From the human T2T-CHM13v2.0 reference genome, Homo sapiens: a DNA stretch of 64,000 nucleotides. The stretch lies in assembly GCF_009914755.1 (NCBI RefSeq), contig NC_060929.1. One strand, written 5' to 3'. Below the pieces are notes generated by a model that did not search any database, had not been told where the DNA came from, and was given only the letters and a program-made list of their open reading frames with translations. Positions 14,309 to 28,568 of the stretch are shown here, one piece after another. Each line of letters begins with the position of its first letter. The first letter of the stretch is position 1. The position numbers and the translations under genes were made by a program.

Positions 14309-15739
14309 CATGACTTATCTGAAGTTAGTGCCAGCGATTTACTGAGCAATGGGTAAACATGGGAACAATTAACAATTATGTATAAAACATGGCAGCAACG
14401 TAAAGCAGATTTAGTGAGCCTGCAGAAAAAAATCCCAAGACACAGAACTGCTTGATAAAATAGGCTTACCAACTAGCTTTGATTTCATTTGGATTCTTCA
14501 TTTTTCAGGCTTCCAAATTATTGCCTCATTGCTGCTCTGAGTACCAGTGCTGCCTCCCATAGGCTGGGGGATGCAAAACAGTATTTTTCACATGTAAAGA
14601 TTCATTTTACTGTGAGGTCCCTTAATTATATCAGTTGTCAACTTAGACCTTTATGAGGTATGAAATTGGGAGGGAGTAGAGGGAAGCTATGGAAACTTTA
14701 CAGGGTTGGGTAGAGGCCAAGAGGCCAAGACCTGTTTATGCAAAAGACCAATGGGCAGTTAATTGCCTAGAGACCTCTGACTCAATTTTTAAAAATTAAT
14801 TAATCAATTAATTTATTTATTTATTTAACTTTGCATCCTTGCCTAGGGGAAAAGGAGTATAGCATTCATTCATCAACCTATTTATTGAGAGTCTGTGATT
14901 ATCAGTCACTCTAAGTGGTAGTAGTAAGGCGGAGGTTTAGGGAGGTAGAGTGGAAAGAACAACATTGAAATATGGTTTTTATCCTGAAGAAAATCATACT
15001 GAGTGGAAAATTAAAACATTATTTTTTTAAGTCAATGGCATAGAAATACATTCAGGGGGGCTGAAATTTCAAAGGAGCCTCTCATCATTTCTCCCCATTA
15101 CTCCAACTCCATCACACACATTTTCACCCACCATGACTTTTCCAGCTTGGATTCATAACAATCGTGTTTTCAGTATGCTCCCTGACTCAATCTCTGTCTT
15201 TTTCAGACTCAGAGTTCACCTCCTCCAGGAAGCCTTCCTTGAGACGCCATTGCTCACCTGGCTCTACTTGCTTGACCAGAAGTACTTTAAAGATTATATC
15301 TTTACATTTTGTATCTGTAGGACTTGAAATATAATGAACATTCCAGACATAATTGATGAATAAAATAACATCCAATCCCTTCATTTTATAGATTGGTTGA
15401 TGAAGACCTTGGACTTTTGGCCAAGATTGAACATCTACAGTGGAGATTATTTAGTGCTGTTTTCTATTCACAGGCCTAGCCACTCCAACCTGTCTGTTGT
15501 CTTTACATCATAGGACTTTACCCAAGGTGCACTCTATAATACATGCCAGTCCAAATATACATTCTGACAGACAATCTAGCTGCCCACATCTGTCAGATGG
15601 CTCTTTCTGTGACAACTGAGGATAAGAATTTTTTTCTTTAAGAATTAGAGCTAAATATTATGAAATATAATCTAGACTTCAAGAAACTTTGACAGTTACC
15701 TGTATCACCGTCTGTGGATGAATAAAAATCTCTTTGACA

Positions 15740-15895
15740 TCTAAGACAAAATGGCCATTCACCATCTATCTGAAAATTCTAGTGAGGACAGCCATACTTT
15801 CTGAGGCATGTTGAATGGCTAACATTTTAGAATTCTTCCTTACATTGGCTGAAATATGACTGAAGTTTCACAGATTTACCCTTATTCCTCATGAT
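15740..15895 (-). mobile_element. L3/CR1-like relic
   Basis: TTAGAATTCTTCCTTACATTGGCTGAAATATG resembles the antisense CR1/L3 3' region; very diverged. Confidence 0.35.
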
Positions 15896-16828
15896 AAAAG
15901 TACAGAAGTTTGTTAAGTGTCCTTGGTGACAGGTTGGTCAAGATTGGACCTTCCATAGGATTACTTAGTCTCACATCCCCTCATGGCTACGGATCTCATA
16001 AGGATGGGTCTGAACATCAAAAATATCACTGTTTTTATTCAGGTACTGACAGCGCCATATAAATATGGCTTAAAGCATGGCTATAAGAAGAGTGAATATT
16101 CTAATGACCTGTCTTGAGTGAAGCTGATGAGACTGTATTTTGAGTCTTACTGTACCTGTTAAGGCTATGCAGCGTATTTAGAGAGAAATGTGGAATTTGT
16201 TATATAAAGGTAAGTTTAAATAGGGTGCTAATATCTATGAAGGTCAACTTTGTTAATTCAACACAAATAAAAATCCAAGCCATGGTCATTCAGCACACAT
16301 AAAGTCTAAGTAATTTCAAATAAAATTACTGCTTGGCTGAATGCTTAAGCAATTTTGGATTGCTGGAGTGAATCAAAGAATACTCATAATGTAAGCTCAT
16401 TAGATTCACAGAGAGATATGCTGATTTAATTCAAGTGTTCTGCTGTCCATTTAAACTTCACCTTCTTTTCTTACTTTGGATTACTAGATGTTTTTGTTAA
16501 TCTTATTTGACAAGCTGCATCTAGTCTTATGAATTTAACCTTTTTGTGAATTGTCTTTGCTATTAAAAATTCTGTAACTGTCAATCACTTGAATCATGTG
16601 GAGTTATGAAAAATGTCTGATCCTTGAATGTATATCTTTTCTCTCTCCATCTGTAGTATCTTACTATGTACAGAATAAATTAGAAACTTATCTGTGATGT
16701 TAATATTTCTGATAGCTTAAATATGTCACTTTACATACGATTTATATGTAAAATGATTTCTAAATATGATAAAATGTATCCCAGACTTAATAGAGGTTTA
16801 GCTGATATTTTGGCTCAGCTTTTATTTT

Positions 16829-17145
<317 letters not shown>

Positions 17146-18974
17146 AGCTTTTATTTTATAGTTTGGTGTTTCTATGGGAGATTTAGGGGGAAACCTTAGT
17201 TTCTTCTTTTGTCACATAATGTTTCCCGCCATATAGGAAAAGATAATATTTTAAAAAATTACAAAATTACCCTAAAAAGGAGTTCCCTTTTCTTAAGATA
17301 CATACAAGTTTTCACTCAGAAAAGTTGAATATTTTATATATATCTCCGGGATTTTAGATTTTTCACTTCATGGACTGCATGATGAATCTCATTAAATCCA
17401 TTTGAGAAAAGGTCTGTTCCTCTGTTTAAGAATTGTTTGAAGACTTTGCAGGAAATGATAGTGTGGTAGTAGATAAATTCTATCCCCTGCTTCACCTCTA
17501 ACCACTGCACTCTTAGACCACGGACAACTTATAAAAATAAACTATCACGTTGTATTCAATTATTCAGGCAAGTGGAGGTTGTAAACCACCCTCTCCCTAA
17601 TTTCTCTGCCTCCAACATATTAAAACTACCACATCTTGGCTCCAAGGATTCATGGACTGTTGAATTTGCCCCTACCAAGCAGAGATGGTGGACAGCATTA
17701 TGAATAATAGCTGATTTTATTTTAAGTGGGAATAAAGAGAACTATAAAAATCCTTTAACTGTTCCCTCCTACTTATTAGTGTCTCAAAATTTTTGACTCA
17801 TAACACATAGAAAAATCACAAGATTTGCTTCAAAACAAAAATATTAAAATATTAAAACCCCAAGTGCATGGTTTTCTATAACGTAATTCAGTTATTGTAA
17901 ACTCTGCTTTGTCTCATAGGAATACAGTTATTCACTAAGAACCTTCAGAAGAAAGGAAAAATAAACATATAAATGTTAAGATTTGTCCCATTTCATACCT
18001 CATCTAGCATGGTTTTTTTTCAAATTACTACATACATGGCCCTTTTTTTTGCTAGAACTCTTTCCCCTGGAGACTGAATTGTAGAGATAACACAGAATGG
18101 AATGATTTTTATTTTATAATTAAAGACAGCTTCTTGGGTGTTATAATAATGGTAAAATATAGACTGTGTCTAAAGCAAAATACAGCAAACAAATGCAATA
18201 TTGGGGCTATCTGGGCTTAAAATGCATTTTCTATTGTAATTACCTAACCATTTCAGCAAAAAAGGGAATTTTATTAAGATTTGAGTTAACTCATTTAATC
18301 TGGCCATCTATCGTTGTCATTTTAAATATCCATTTCATTTTGAGTATTTGGGCACACATTTTGTTTATAGGTACATGGGAAAATCTAGCACATAATTAAT
18401 ATATTAAACTGGCTGTCTTTATATCACAACATAGTCTATTTAATCTATTATGTTGTTTAACCAAAACCAAACTATAAAAAGCAAGCATGGATATAGTAGA
18501 TTTTTTCTCAGAAAAAAAGCTTGACTATTATTTTTATGAAATTGCAAAGAATTACAATATTCTTTCACACTGCGTTTCAAGAAAATGAGCAAAGGATATT
18601 TATAGACATGTTTTTGATAGATACCCCAGTGACAACGGAAGTCACTTTTAAATTATAAGGTAAAATGTGAAACTAATAGATAAAATTTGACATGTTAAGA
18701 GTTGCATCTTCCTCAAATATAAAGATAAGAACCAATGTAGTTTGAAAATAGCAAAAGCGCTTTCACTATCCTATGGACAGATATTTTGGAAAACCTATTA
18801 CTTTTACCAATTAAATTTAAAACTGCACTGCCTGGTTGTTTCTTTGTTTATATATTTGTATTCCATCTTATTTTAATAAAGTTTTAAGAGGAAAACATCT
18901 GTATGATTTACATTAGAATATTTTTCAGGGGGCTTCAGTAGGCTACATGTTAGTAAATCTATCCTAAATACACT

Positions 18975-19950
18975 TATTTTTCAACAAATATTAATTATTA
19001 TACAACAGGAACCATGCAAGGTAATGGAAATCCTTTAGTAAATCAAACAGACGTGGTTCTCATTCTGACAGAATAAGAGAGATGAACATAATTGCTAGTA
19101 GAAGAATAAACTCTGTAAATTTGGGTAAATGCTATGAAAGACATAAAAAGGAATGGAGAAAAATGTGTGTGAGTAGGTGGAATGAAGCTACATTATATGT
19201 GGGAACATCTCTTTGAGAAATGGATATTGAAACTACGAATTGAATAATTAAATGGTGGTAGCCACGTAAAAACTGGAATAAAGTGAATGACAAGCAGAAG
19301 AACTCAGTGAAGAAAAATGTGGCAGAAGTATAAAGAGCAATGAAGGTATTGTTATAAGGCTGGAGTAACCCACCAGGGAGAAAGCAAGAAGGATCAGATG
19401 CAGGAAGGCACTTGCATTTTTATTCCAAGTGCAACAGAAAGGCTTTCAGCAGAGAAGGGATAAGATCTGCCTCACATTTTAAGATTATGCGTAAGGAAGG
19501 ATTAGAGGCGGCAAGGGTGGAAGCAGGGAGATCGCTTGAGAGACTGCTGCAGAAGTCCATATGAGGAATGACATGATAGACAAATGTGGTAGCTTTAGAC
19601 AAGAAAGGAAGATAAATTCATAATATACTTAGAGGAAAATTGACTGAAACTTGAATCATTGAAACTTTCTGACAAATTGGACATCATGGTAAGCAGGAGG
19701 CAAGAAAAAACTGGAAGGAAAAATAGCTTCTAGGTTTCTATCTTAAGAAATTGGGTATATGATAGAACATTTACTGCTATGTGGAAAATTGGTATTTGAG
19801 AAACAAAAGGTTCTGTTCTGCATGTTGAATTTGGCATTTTCGCGGTATCCAATTAAGCATATTAAGAATTAAATTGGAATTTAGAACCCAGAGGAGAGAT
19901 TTGGGCTATAAATATACATTTTTTATATTATCAATACATGGGTTTTATTT
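18975..19950 (-). mobile_element. L2 fragment
   Basis: TTCAACAAATATT...TTTTATTCCAAGTGCAACAGAAAGGCTTTCAGCAG...GCAAGGGTGGAAGCAGGGAGA...CATGTTGAATTTG match antisense L2. Confidence 0.75.
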
Positions 19951-20090
19951 GGGGCAACCCTTTTTTCTACTGATAATATGATCATATGTTCAGGACTAAG
20001 TACAGCCCCAGTCACAATTCAAATCATTGTAATTAGTGGGAAGAAATATTTAGGGACTGATAGGTTTCTTGATACTTTCTCAATAAAACT

Positions 20091-20433
20091 AGATCATGTC
20101 CTTTGTAGGGACATGAGAGGATCTGGAGACCATTATCTTTAGCAAACTAACACAGGAACAGAAAAACAGACATGGCATGTTCTCGCTTTTAAGTGGGAGC
20201 TAAATGATGTGAACACATGGACACATAGACGGGAACACCAAGCACTGGGGCCTATCACAAGGTGGAAGGTAGGAGTAGGGAGAGGATCAGGAAAAATAAC
20301 TAATGGATACTAGGCTTAATATCTGGGTGATGAAATAATCTGTATAACAAACCCCCATGACACACATATACTTGTGTAACAAACCTGCACATCCTGCACA
20401 TGTACCCATGAACTTAAAAGTTAAAAGAAAAAA
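20091..20433 (+). mobile_element. L1PA15/16-like 3' end
   Basis: GGGAGAGGATCAGGAAAAATAACTAATGGATACTAGGCTTAATATCTGGGTGATGAAATAATCTGT and terminal AACTTAAAAGTTAAAAGAAAAAA. Confidence 0.92.
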
Positions 20434-20924
20434 CTGTATCTGTGGTTACTTAGCATTTTCACAAGAACAAATTTACACAGAGTTATACAGAATAATACAA
20501 GACACAGTTTCCACAAAATAGTATAAGACACACACTAATGAAATTTTTCCTTTTACTATAATGGTCAAATCATGCTATCAAGTATGAAGTCTCCATGGAT
20601 TAGCCTACAAGACAAACTTTCATTACACCATTGCATTTATTTCTATTAGCACTCATCCTTTTGATTTCTGACTACTTGAGTTCAACAACTGATCAGAACT
20701 TTTTGAAATTATAAATATTATCATACTTCTTACCATTTTCTCTTGTACTTAGATGACAATTTAATGGATAGAATATCATGTCAATGAAAATACCACTTGT
20801 TCCAGGAGATACATTTAAAATAGCAATTACACAATGACAAGAATATTACACAATAAATGCATTTGAGTAACCAACCGAATAGCTGATTAGAATCCCAAAT
20901 TTTGTTTGAATAGATAATATGTTA

Positions 20925-21280
20925 TCATTATTTAGTTCAAAGAGATTTACTAACGCCCATCATATGATAATTTATTTTATGCACTGGAGAAGTCAGTAGG
21001 GATAAAAAAAATTAAAAAAATATTGTCAGCATTCAAAGGCTCAGATGGGAAATTGAAAGGTAGCAAAAAAACCCAGGTAATATCAAATGACAACGGCAAT
21101 AATAGTAACATGTGTAACTAATAGTAACATGTATAAATAGTAACATGTAATAACATATTAGAAAAATTATTGTTGTGCTTAAGTAAACCAGCCTTGAAAG
21201 ATAAGTCAGGATTCACCAGGAGAGTAGGGAGAATATCATATGGAGAAAACAGTGTGAGCAAAAATGCAGATGTGACCACA
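20925..21280 (-). mobile_element. L2 relic
   Basis: CCTTGAAAGATAAGTCAGGATTCACCAGG...AACAGTGTGAGCAAAAATGCAGA. Confidence 0.45.
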
Positions 21281-22555
21281 GGAGGAAAGCCGGTCCACGG
21301 GCCACCTACTTTCTCTTCCCAAGCTTCATTCTCTCACACTTCTCTTCTTTGGTCACTCGTATGAGCTAGGTATGGTCACATTGAACATGTAATCTAAATT
21401 CATGAAGGTGAAACTGGGAAGAGGCTGGTACAGTACTTGGATGTGGGTTGGCACCATATAGTGAAGGAATTGTAGGGTCTCTGGTGCCAGGAACATGGTT
21501 CCAGGCCATGTTCCTCTGGTGCCAGGAACATGGGGGAAGCACACATTATCCCAGTGAGCTTGTCTCTTGCCCTGACTTAAGGGTGGTACTGGCTGCAGTT
21601 GCCAACACTTTCTCTGCTTATGGGATACATTGGTGTAAATTCAGACTCTCAATCCTCAAGATATTTTTTTCAAGTGCTAATATTGGTTACAGTATTCTCC
21701 ATAATAGAATGATCAATGATGGTTGCCTCACTAAGACAATGAAGAATGAATAAAATTATTTAAAATAAGTGAGGAGAATGTAGCTTTGCCAGCAGTTTAT
21801 CTTCATTTTAAAAATAATGCTTAGTTTCCTCTTGTAACTTAATAAAACTAAATGTAACAGGATTTTTTCCCTAATTTTTAGCAAGAATGCAACATTTTTC
21901 TCTAAAAGTTTTGATAGTTGATACTGTCTGCGGCCTTCTTTGTGGGAAAACAGTTCAATTAACTGATGTATTGAAAAGTCATTTGCTACAAGAGAAGAAC
22001 TCTCATTTTGATTCTATCTCATTTTCATAATCCTTTGAAACACCTTAAACATAATGGAAAACAAATAAATATGCCAGACAATTTATCGAGTTACATAGCA
22101 GTCCGTCCCCTTTTCTCGCATATATTTATCTTGTCATTTCTGCTTGAATGTTTTATCCTCGGGTGAATGCAGTATTTTCTAATTATTTTGAGGAAAGCTT
22201 AACAGAGATAGGAATAATCCATTAAACATGGTCTTGTTCCTGCAGCATTGTTACCTATTGTAGAAATGTAATTCTTGCCATAACTTCAGTTGATAAACAT
22301 GTTAATAAGAAATTTAACCGAGAAAAATAAAAGCATAAGAAAGAGATATCCCCTTGACACAATAGTGTCCTCTACAAATGATACTTCCTTACAATTTTTC
22401 TTCAGTGAAAATTCTAACATGTCTTCACTGATTAAATTTCATGGTCCCCTAATAAACAATCTTATCTTTACTTTGATATGAATAATCACAGAAGCCCAGC
22501 CAATGTAATATCTATAAGGATTTTTGTCCTCTCAGTTGGCATTTACTTTTCCAAT

Positions 22556-22696
22556 TGTAAACCAAAAATAAAATTCTAAGCCCCTCAGCTAACTGAATGG
22601 AACCCACCTCCTGGCCAAGAAGAACCCAAAACAGAAAAACATTCAGACCCTGACAGGAAGTGGGAGTCGAACATGCCTCATTATACCCTCCTCCCT
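22556..22696 (+). mobile_element. MER4-family ERV1 LTR, 5' fragment
   Basis: TGTAAACCAAAAATAAAATTCTAAGCCCC...ACTGAATGGA...GCCTCATTATACCCTCCTCCC. Confidence 0.75.
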
Positions 22697-23119
22697 GTGT
22701 TGCTTCCCTTTTAGCCTAACTGCTAACGTGAAGGCCCAGAACTCCTGGCAATAACAGGGAGCACTAGGTTGCCATTCTTTAAAACAAAGCTGCTGAACCA
22801 TCTGTGAGCTCTGTCCTGGCAAAAGGTATTGTGAGAGGCAACACAGTTTACATTTCATTAGGTTTATTCCCACATCCTTGGTGAGATTTGCCCATGATTT
22901 CAGACTTTACCTGGGGAAATAAACCCTATTCCTGGTTCACAATGTGATGGATTTTGAGAATTTATAAATCAGGAAAGACTTATAAATGCATTCTATTTTA
23001 TTTCATGGGCATGTAGCACAGGATAAAGTGGCAAGAATCTTCAACTGCTACATATTTTCCATGATTGTGAGAGCTAAAGCAGAAGGAAAGTTTAATGTTT
23101 CTCAAAGAGCAAAGACAAA

Positions 23120-23400
23120 CAGAAAGCAGAAGGCCTGAGGATCAGCATCACATAAACAACAAGCTGAGGAGCAGGGGATCCCCGAGAGAGTCAAGAAACT
23201 GAGGGAGGAAAGGTTTATGGGAAGGAAGAAGTGATGAATGGTGTGAAATGTCACCTAGTGGTCAAGCAAGAGGATCTGAAACATTTTCCTTTGTGTTTAT
23301 GAATTTGAGAATTTGGATGACTTTATAGAGAAATTTAAATAGAAAGATAAATAGCAAATATAGAACTTCTCAGAGGCTCAAATGAGAAAAATTTAGAAGG
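23120..23400 (-). mobile_element. L2 relic
   Basis: GGAAGGAAGAAGTGATGAATGGTGTGAAATG...GGTCAAGCAAGAGGATCTGAAA...TTGGATGACTTT. Confidence 0.45.
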
Positions 23401-23497
23401 AAAAGAATACATGTAAAGAGAGAGATTTGTTCTATAAACTTGAGATTGCTTTCTGAGAGGATTAGTTGCATCGTCTTTGTGTGTATATTGGCTGGGG

Positions 23498-23555
23498 AGG
23501 GTTTCGCTAAAAAACCAAAAACCTGCTAGACAAATTCTAAAAGAGCTGTAACACT
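23498..23555 (-). pseudogene. U7 snRNA pseudogene (RNU7-type retrocopy)
   Basis: Reverse complement AGTGTTACAGCTCTTTTAGAATTTGTCTAGCAGGTTTTTGGTTTTTTAGCGAAACCCT; the first 30 nt match U7 as I recall it, including the Sm site AATTTGTCTAG; 3' stem-loop diverged; no PSE evident upstream. Confidence 0.93.
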
Positions 23556-23659
23556 ACTTCATGTCTTTTTGTAATCTACTACTTTAAATTTTTAAAGAAA
23601 AATTGTAAGTAATTTTTACATAAGTTTTACTTTATTTTACATAATTAAAAAATACCATA

Positions 23660-23985
<326 letters not shown>

Positions 23986-25730
23986 TTATTCAACTTTAAT
24001 GAGTTTATTTTTTAACAAGTTTTTTTCTTACACTGATACTGTTATCCAATTTAATGAAATATTTAATAAAATTTCAGTTTAACACATAACTCTGATTCAA
24101 TGCTTATGATGATATTAATATAGTAAAAATCCTAAATAATAATGTGTTTTAGCTAGCCATACTTTTTATGTGTAGTGTACTCAGAGTTGCAGACATTGGC
24201 AGTGCCAGAAACTCATTTCAGTGTACCAGTTTTTCTTAACACAGATGAATAATAGAATTTTCCCCCTACTCACAACTCCAAAAGCTTTCTACTGTTTAAT
24301 TCTATTCATGTGTTGTAATCTATAGTTATTCACTCGAATTCTGTTACTTTTGCCTTAAAAAGTGATAAAAAACATAATTCTAAAACATAACCTAGACCTT
24401 AAGTGCTGAAGAGTTTCTTGGCTTCCATTATATGCCTTACCTGTATTTCCATATATTAAATTATTTCACAAAGTCAAGGTCCATACATTCTCATGTTAAC
24501 ATCATTGATACATATGGTTTGGAAAAGAGAATACGAGAGGGAACAGCTAAGGTCATCTGTGAATTCATTCAATCTGTTTATGTCTGAGCCCATTGAGATT
24601 TATTGAGGAAAATAGTCATGCTCCTTGAAACTAAAGACTAATCTCTGGAGCAAAGAGCCCCAAGTGGTTTGATAGCAAGACTCACCCCTTATTCTCTCGA
24701 TAGATGTTTGCACAGAATAACATGGGTGAGGAAGTGTAAAAATTGATGGTTTTGAGAAAAATGTACTTTTCTCATGAAAAGTTTTCAACATATTGTGACG
24801 TAGAAGGAAGTAGAACAGATAAAGAACTAGATATGTGTTGAGTGAGTACTAGATAGGGATATATGGACAAAATAGAATGCCAAGTATTTACATTTGGACA
24901 GTATTACGCTGTAAATAAATATATGCAAAATAAGTTATTATGCAAAATTAAAGATGACAGGTTTCATCAGATACCCAGATTTTAGGTTGAAGGTCATTGT
25001 TATCTCCCATTTTTCCAGAGTCACAGAGTGAATTCATCAAAGGGCATTGATTCTTGGGTGATTAGCACAGCCATGGAATTTTTCAAAGATGCTTTATATT
25101 AAATTTCTATATGATTTAGGCCACAATTTTGTTCATGTTACTTTCTTAAATTTTATATGCAATATAAATAATACTACCTGTTACTTAATTGTTACTGATG
25201 TTTGTCGTTATTTCATCTAACCTAAATATTTATATAAGTGAAAACGAGAAGCTCTATAATATGGGAATTGAATGAAGCCACTACATGGAGAATGATACGC
25301 ATTCCTCAGAAACCATGTGTAATCAACGAATTTCCAAGTTCCTACAACTTAAGCTTCCTAGAATTTGACTCTGATCACATACTGAAATCCATAATCTTAC
25401 TGCCACTTCTTTTTTCCCTTAGTTTAAGGAACCAGCATAAAAACACAATTCTATTGCCAATCAAATTTTGGTTTTCTGAAATCCTAGTATAAATAAGATT
25501 TTAAAATAAAGCAAAAACAAGAATAATGCATATGGCTTTGTACTTCTCTTCAATAGGCCTGGATTTCCTGAGAAACTTTATAATTTGTCTTCAAAATTTG
25601 GGCTCTGCTGCCTATTATAGACTGAAATCTATATACACAGAGTATACAGACTACTTCTTATTGTTGTATCTCCATTTAATAACAATAAATCATTTTGGAA
25701 GCTCAAAGTGTTGAGATTTGAGAGAGCTTA

Positions 25731-26174
<444 letters not shown>

Positions 26175-28568
26175 CTAGCCTTTCAATATTACCTGCTAGC
26201 TTTTAGCTTTTGTTCTCTTTTAAGAAAATTCACAGTACAAGACCTGTGGAAAATTTAATTGATTCTCAAATACTCAGTTCTCTTATAATTTCCTGTTCAT
26301 GTCATTCTCCTGAACATGGACAGTATACTAAGTATAAACAAGGTGATTTCTAAATTTGAAGTAAAGGGCATCACGAGATACTCTTTCACACTGAATGTGG
26401 GTATAGAAAACTGGTAGCTGATAAGAACACTGAAGAACTAGGAATTTATCTAGATCTTATTTTAACTGCAGATTCTGGTATAACTCCTCATGATGAGAAA
26501 TATCTATTTTTACCAATTCCTCAAAATTTTTATCTTTATATTTCTATTCTCTGTATGTCTGAAATAATGGTTTTAAATGAGAAAAATAATTTTTAAAATT
26601 TAATCACTCATGTAAAAAGTAGTTTTTCTTGTCTTAGTGATATTCATTGATTTTCTAGATCCTCACTAACTTGCCCAGTAGTCATATGGGTCATTCAACA
26701 GATACACTCAACTGCCTTTATTTGAAAGGATCTATAAAAGGAACCCACTGCTCAGAGAAGTGCTCTCTGTATCCAACCTCGAAGTAACATTCCAAAAGAA
26801 ACCACTGCACAGCATCAATGCTGCCTAGCTACAAAGAAAAGGATCAGGAACTAGGATTTCTACGCTTAAAAGAAACATATTAAGTTGTAGTTTAAGAAAA
26901 TGTTTCTGCTGTTTTAGTTATGTAGCTATTCCTCTAGACTATCTTTTCATTAGATTTTAGTTTGTTGTTTAGCAGCTGTGTTCTTAGAAAGCTGATAATA
27001 TGTTGAACATAGTTCAAATTTATTATATACAGCTCCAAAATTCATATTGAAAATTTTGGCCTTTTAAATAATACGATTCTCAAATAAGCTTTACTCATTG
27101 TGTTATACCAAATGTTGATACAAGTTATGTGTGTTTGTTGATACAATTATCAGATAATTCAAAACACAGCAATGTTTTTTATTTTTCAGGGAGTAACTTC
27201 TCAAGTATATTCCTTAAGTTGTTTAATATTGGAGGAAGAAAAATGAACCCTAAAATTTTCCTAATAGGCAGATTTTACCTTAAAGGTAATCTATTACTTA
27301 AAACAATGTGATCAAAAACAGTTGTGTTATTTGAAGTAAGAGTAAAGTTAATAGTGACAACATAATACTATTTTAATTGTAGTTGAGGGCTTTTTTTTGG
27401 TTTATTTTCAAAATATTTTCTCATAATGACTCTTCCAGGATATTTTAAGCTATTCCATATAAAAGCACAAATTTCTAGGATACAGTACCAGCTAGTTACT
27501 AATAAAGTTTGAATTGTCATCTTTATTTCCCATTGTAACATTCATAAAAATGGACATACATATGCAACATTATTAGAGTTCTACAAATTCAGTTTAGATT
27601 TAATTATCTAAAAGATATCAAAGGGATCATCACTAAGCAAATCACAAAGAAGCTGTAGAATCCAAACAAAGAAGAAATAAAATATTTCCACTACCTCTTG
27701 GAGAGATATGGTCTTCAGGGATGAAAAACTAACAGTAGCATCCTTTAAATTGGGATCTGGACAATAATTTTAAAACCTAGTAACAAAGCCTAGTAAATAA
27801 AAATTCCATCTAAATAATTACTGTATAAATTTTTTAAGACATAATTTAAAGATAATAATGATAAAATATAATACTTAACTGTGTATAAAATCCCAGATTT
27901 TTAAAATCAAAATGTAGAGTGAAGTGGCTGAGGCCAAATAAAATCATGCTTGATTCTTCCTTTTATTTAAATAAAATATAAATGGATAAGTTATTCTTTA
28001 TGTTGTTAATTAGGGAAATCTATTTTTCTTAAAAAAATAAATCCAACCACTAAGCATGAAAAGACAAGAATATTTTCTGAATACTTACAGCAATAAAAAC
28101 AAAAATAGCTTATAGAGAAAAAAGCCAAAACGCAGTAAAAATCAACAACTAAAACTCAGACAGAATGGTGGAAATGTCCATTACAATTATAAAATAAATG
28201 GATTAAATATATAAATATAAAAATATGTAGATTGTACACATATAAATATGTAGAAAAAACACATAAAATTTAGCTTTGATTAAAAATGAAATCTTGGTAG
28301 ATTTTCACGGGAAAAATACAATTAAAAAGTTAAACATGAAAAATATATAGAAAAAAGCAAAAATTTGAGAGCTTTGTAAAAATACCTTTTCAAGGATAAT
28401 TGTATTAATTTTTTGCTTTAATCTGAAAATTGTTAATGCAAAAATTAGGAGGGGTCTTTGGTGGAAATAATGATTTTTTTTCATTACAAGTGTTGTACTA
28501 CAAAATGTAGTGTTATAGACCATATAGTCATAATTTTCTAGGCACATCTAAAACAATTTGTTTTAAAA

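Noticed and set aside
21491-21513. p53 response element from repeated CATG cores
   Set aside because: Each half-site has a mismatch to RRRCWWGYYY and they are separated by a spacer; the duplication alone explains the pattern.
21101-21533. Short direct repeats with spacers as a CRISPR-like array
   Set aside because: Only 2-3 units, spacers far too short and irregular, no cas genes, and the context is primate genomic DNA.
26659-26830. Possible coding exon after the TTTTCTAG acceptor
   Set aside because: The frame I read closes at a stop, there is no convincing donor, and no protein similarity is recognised.
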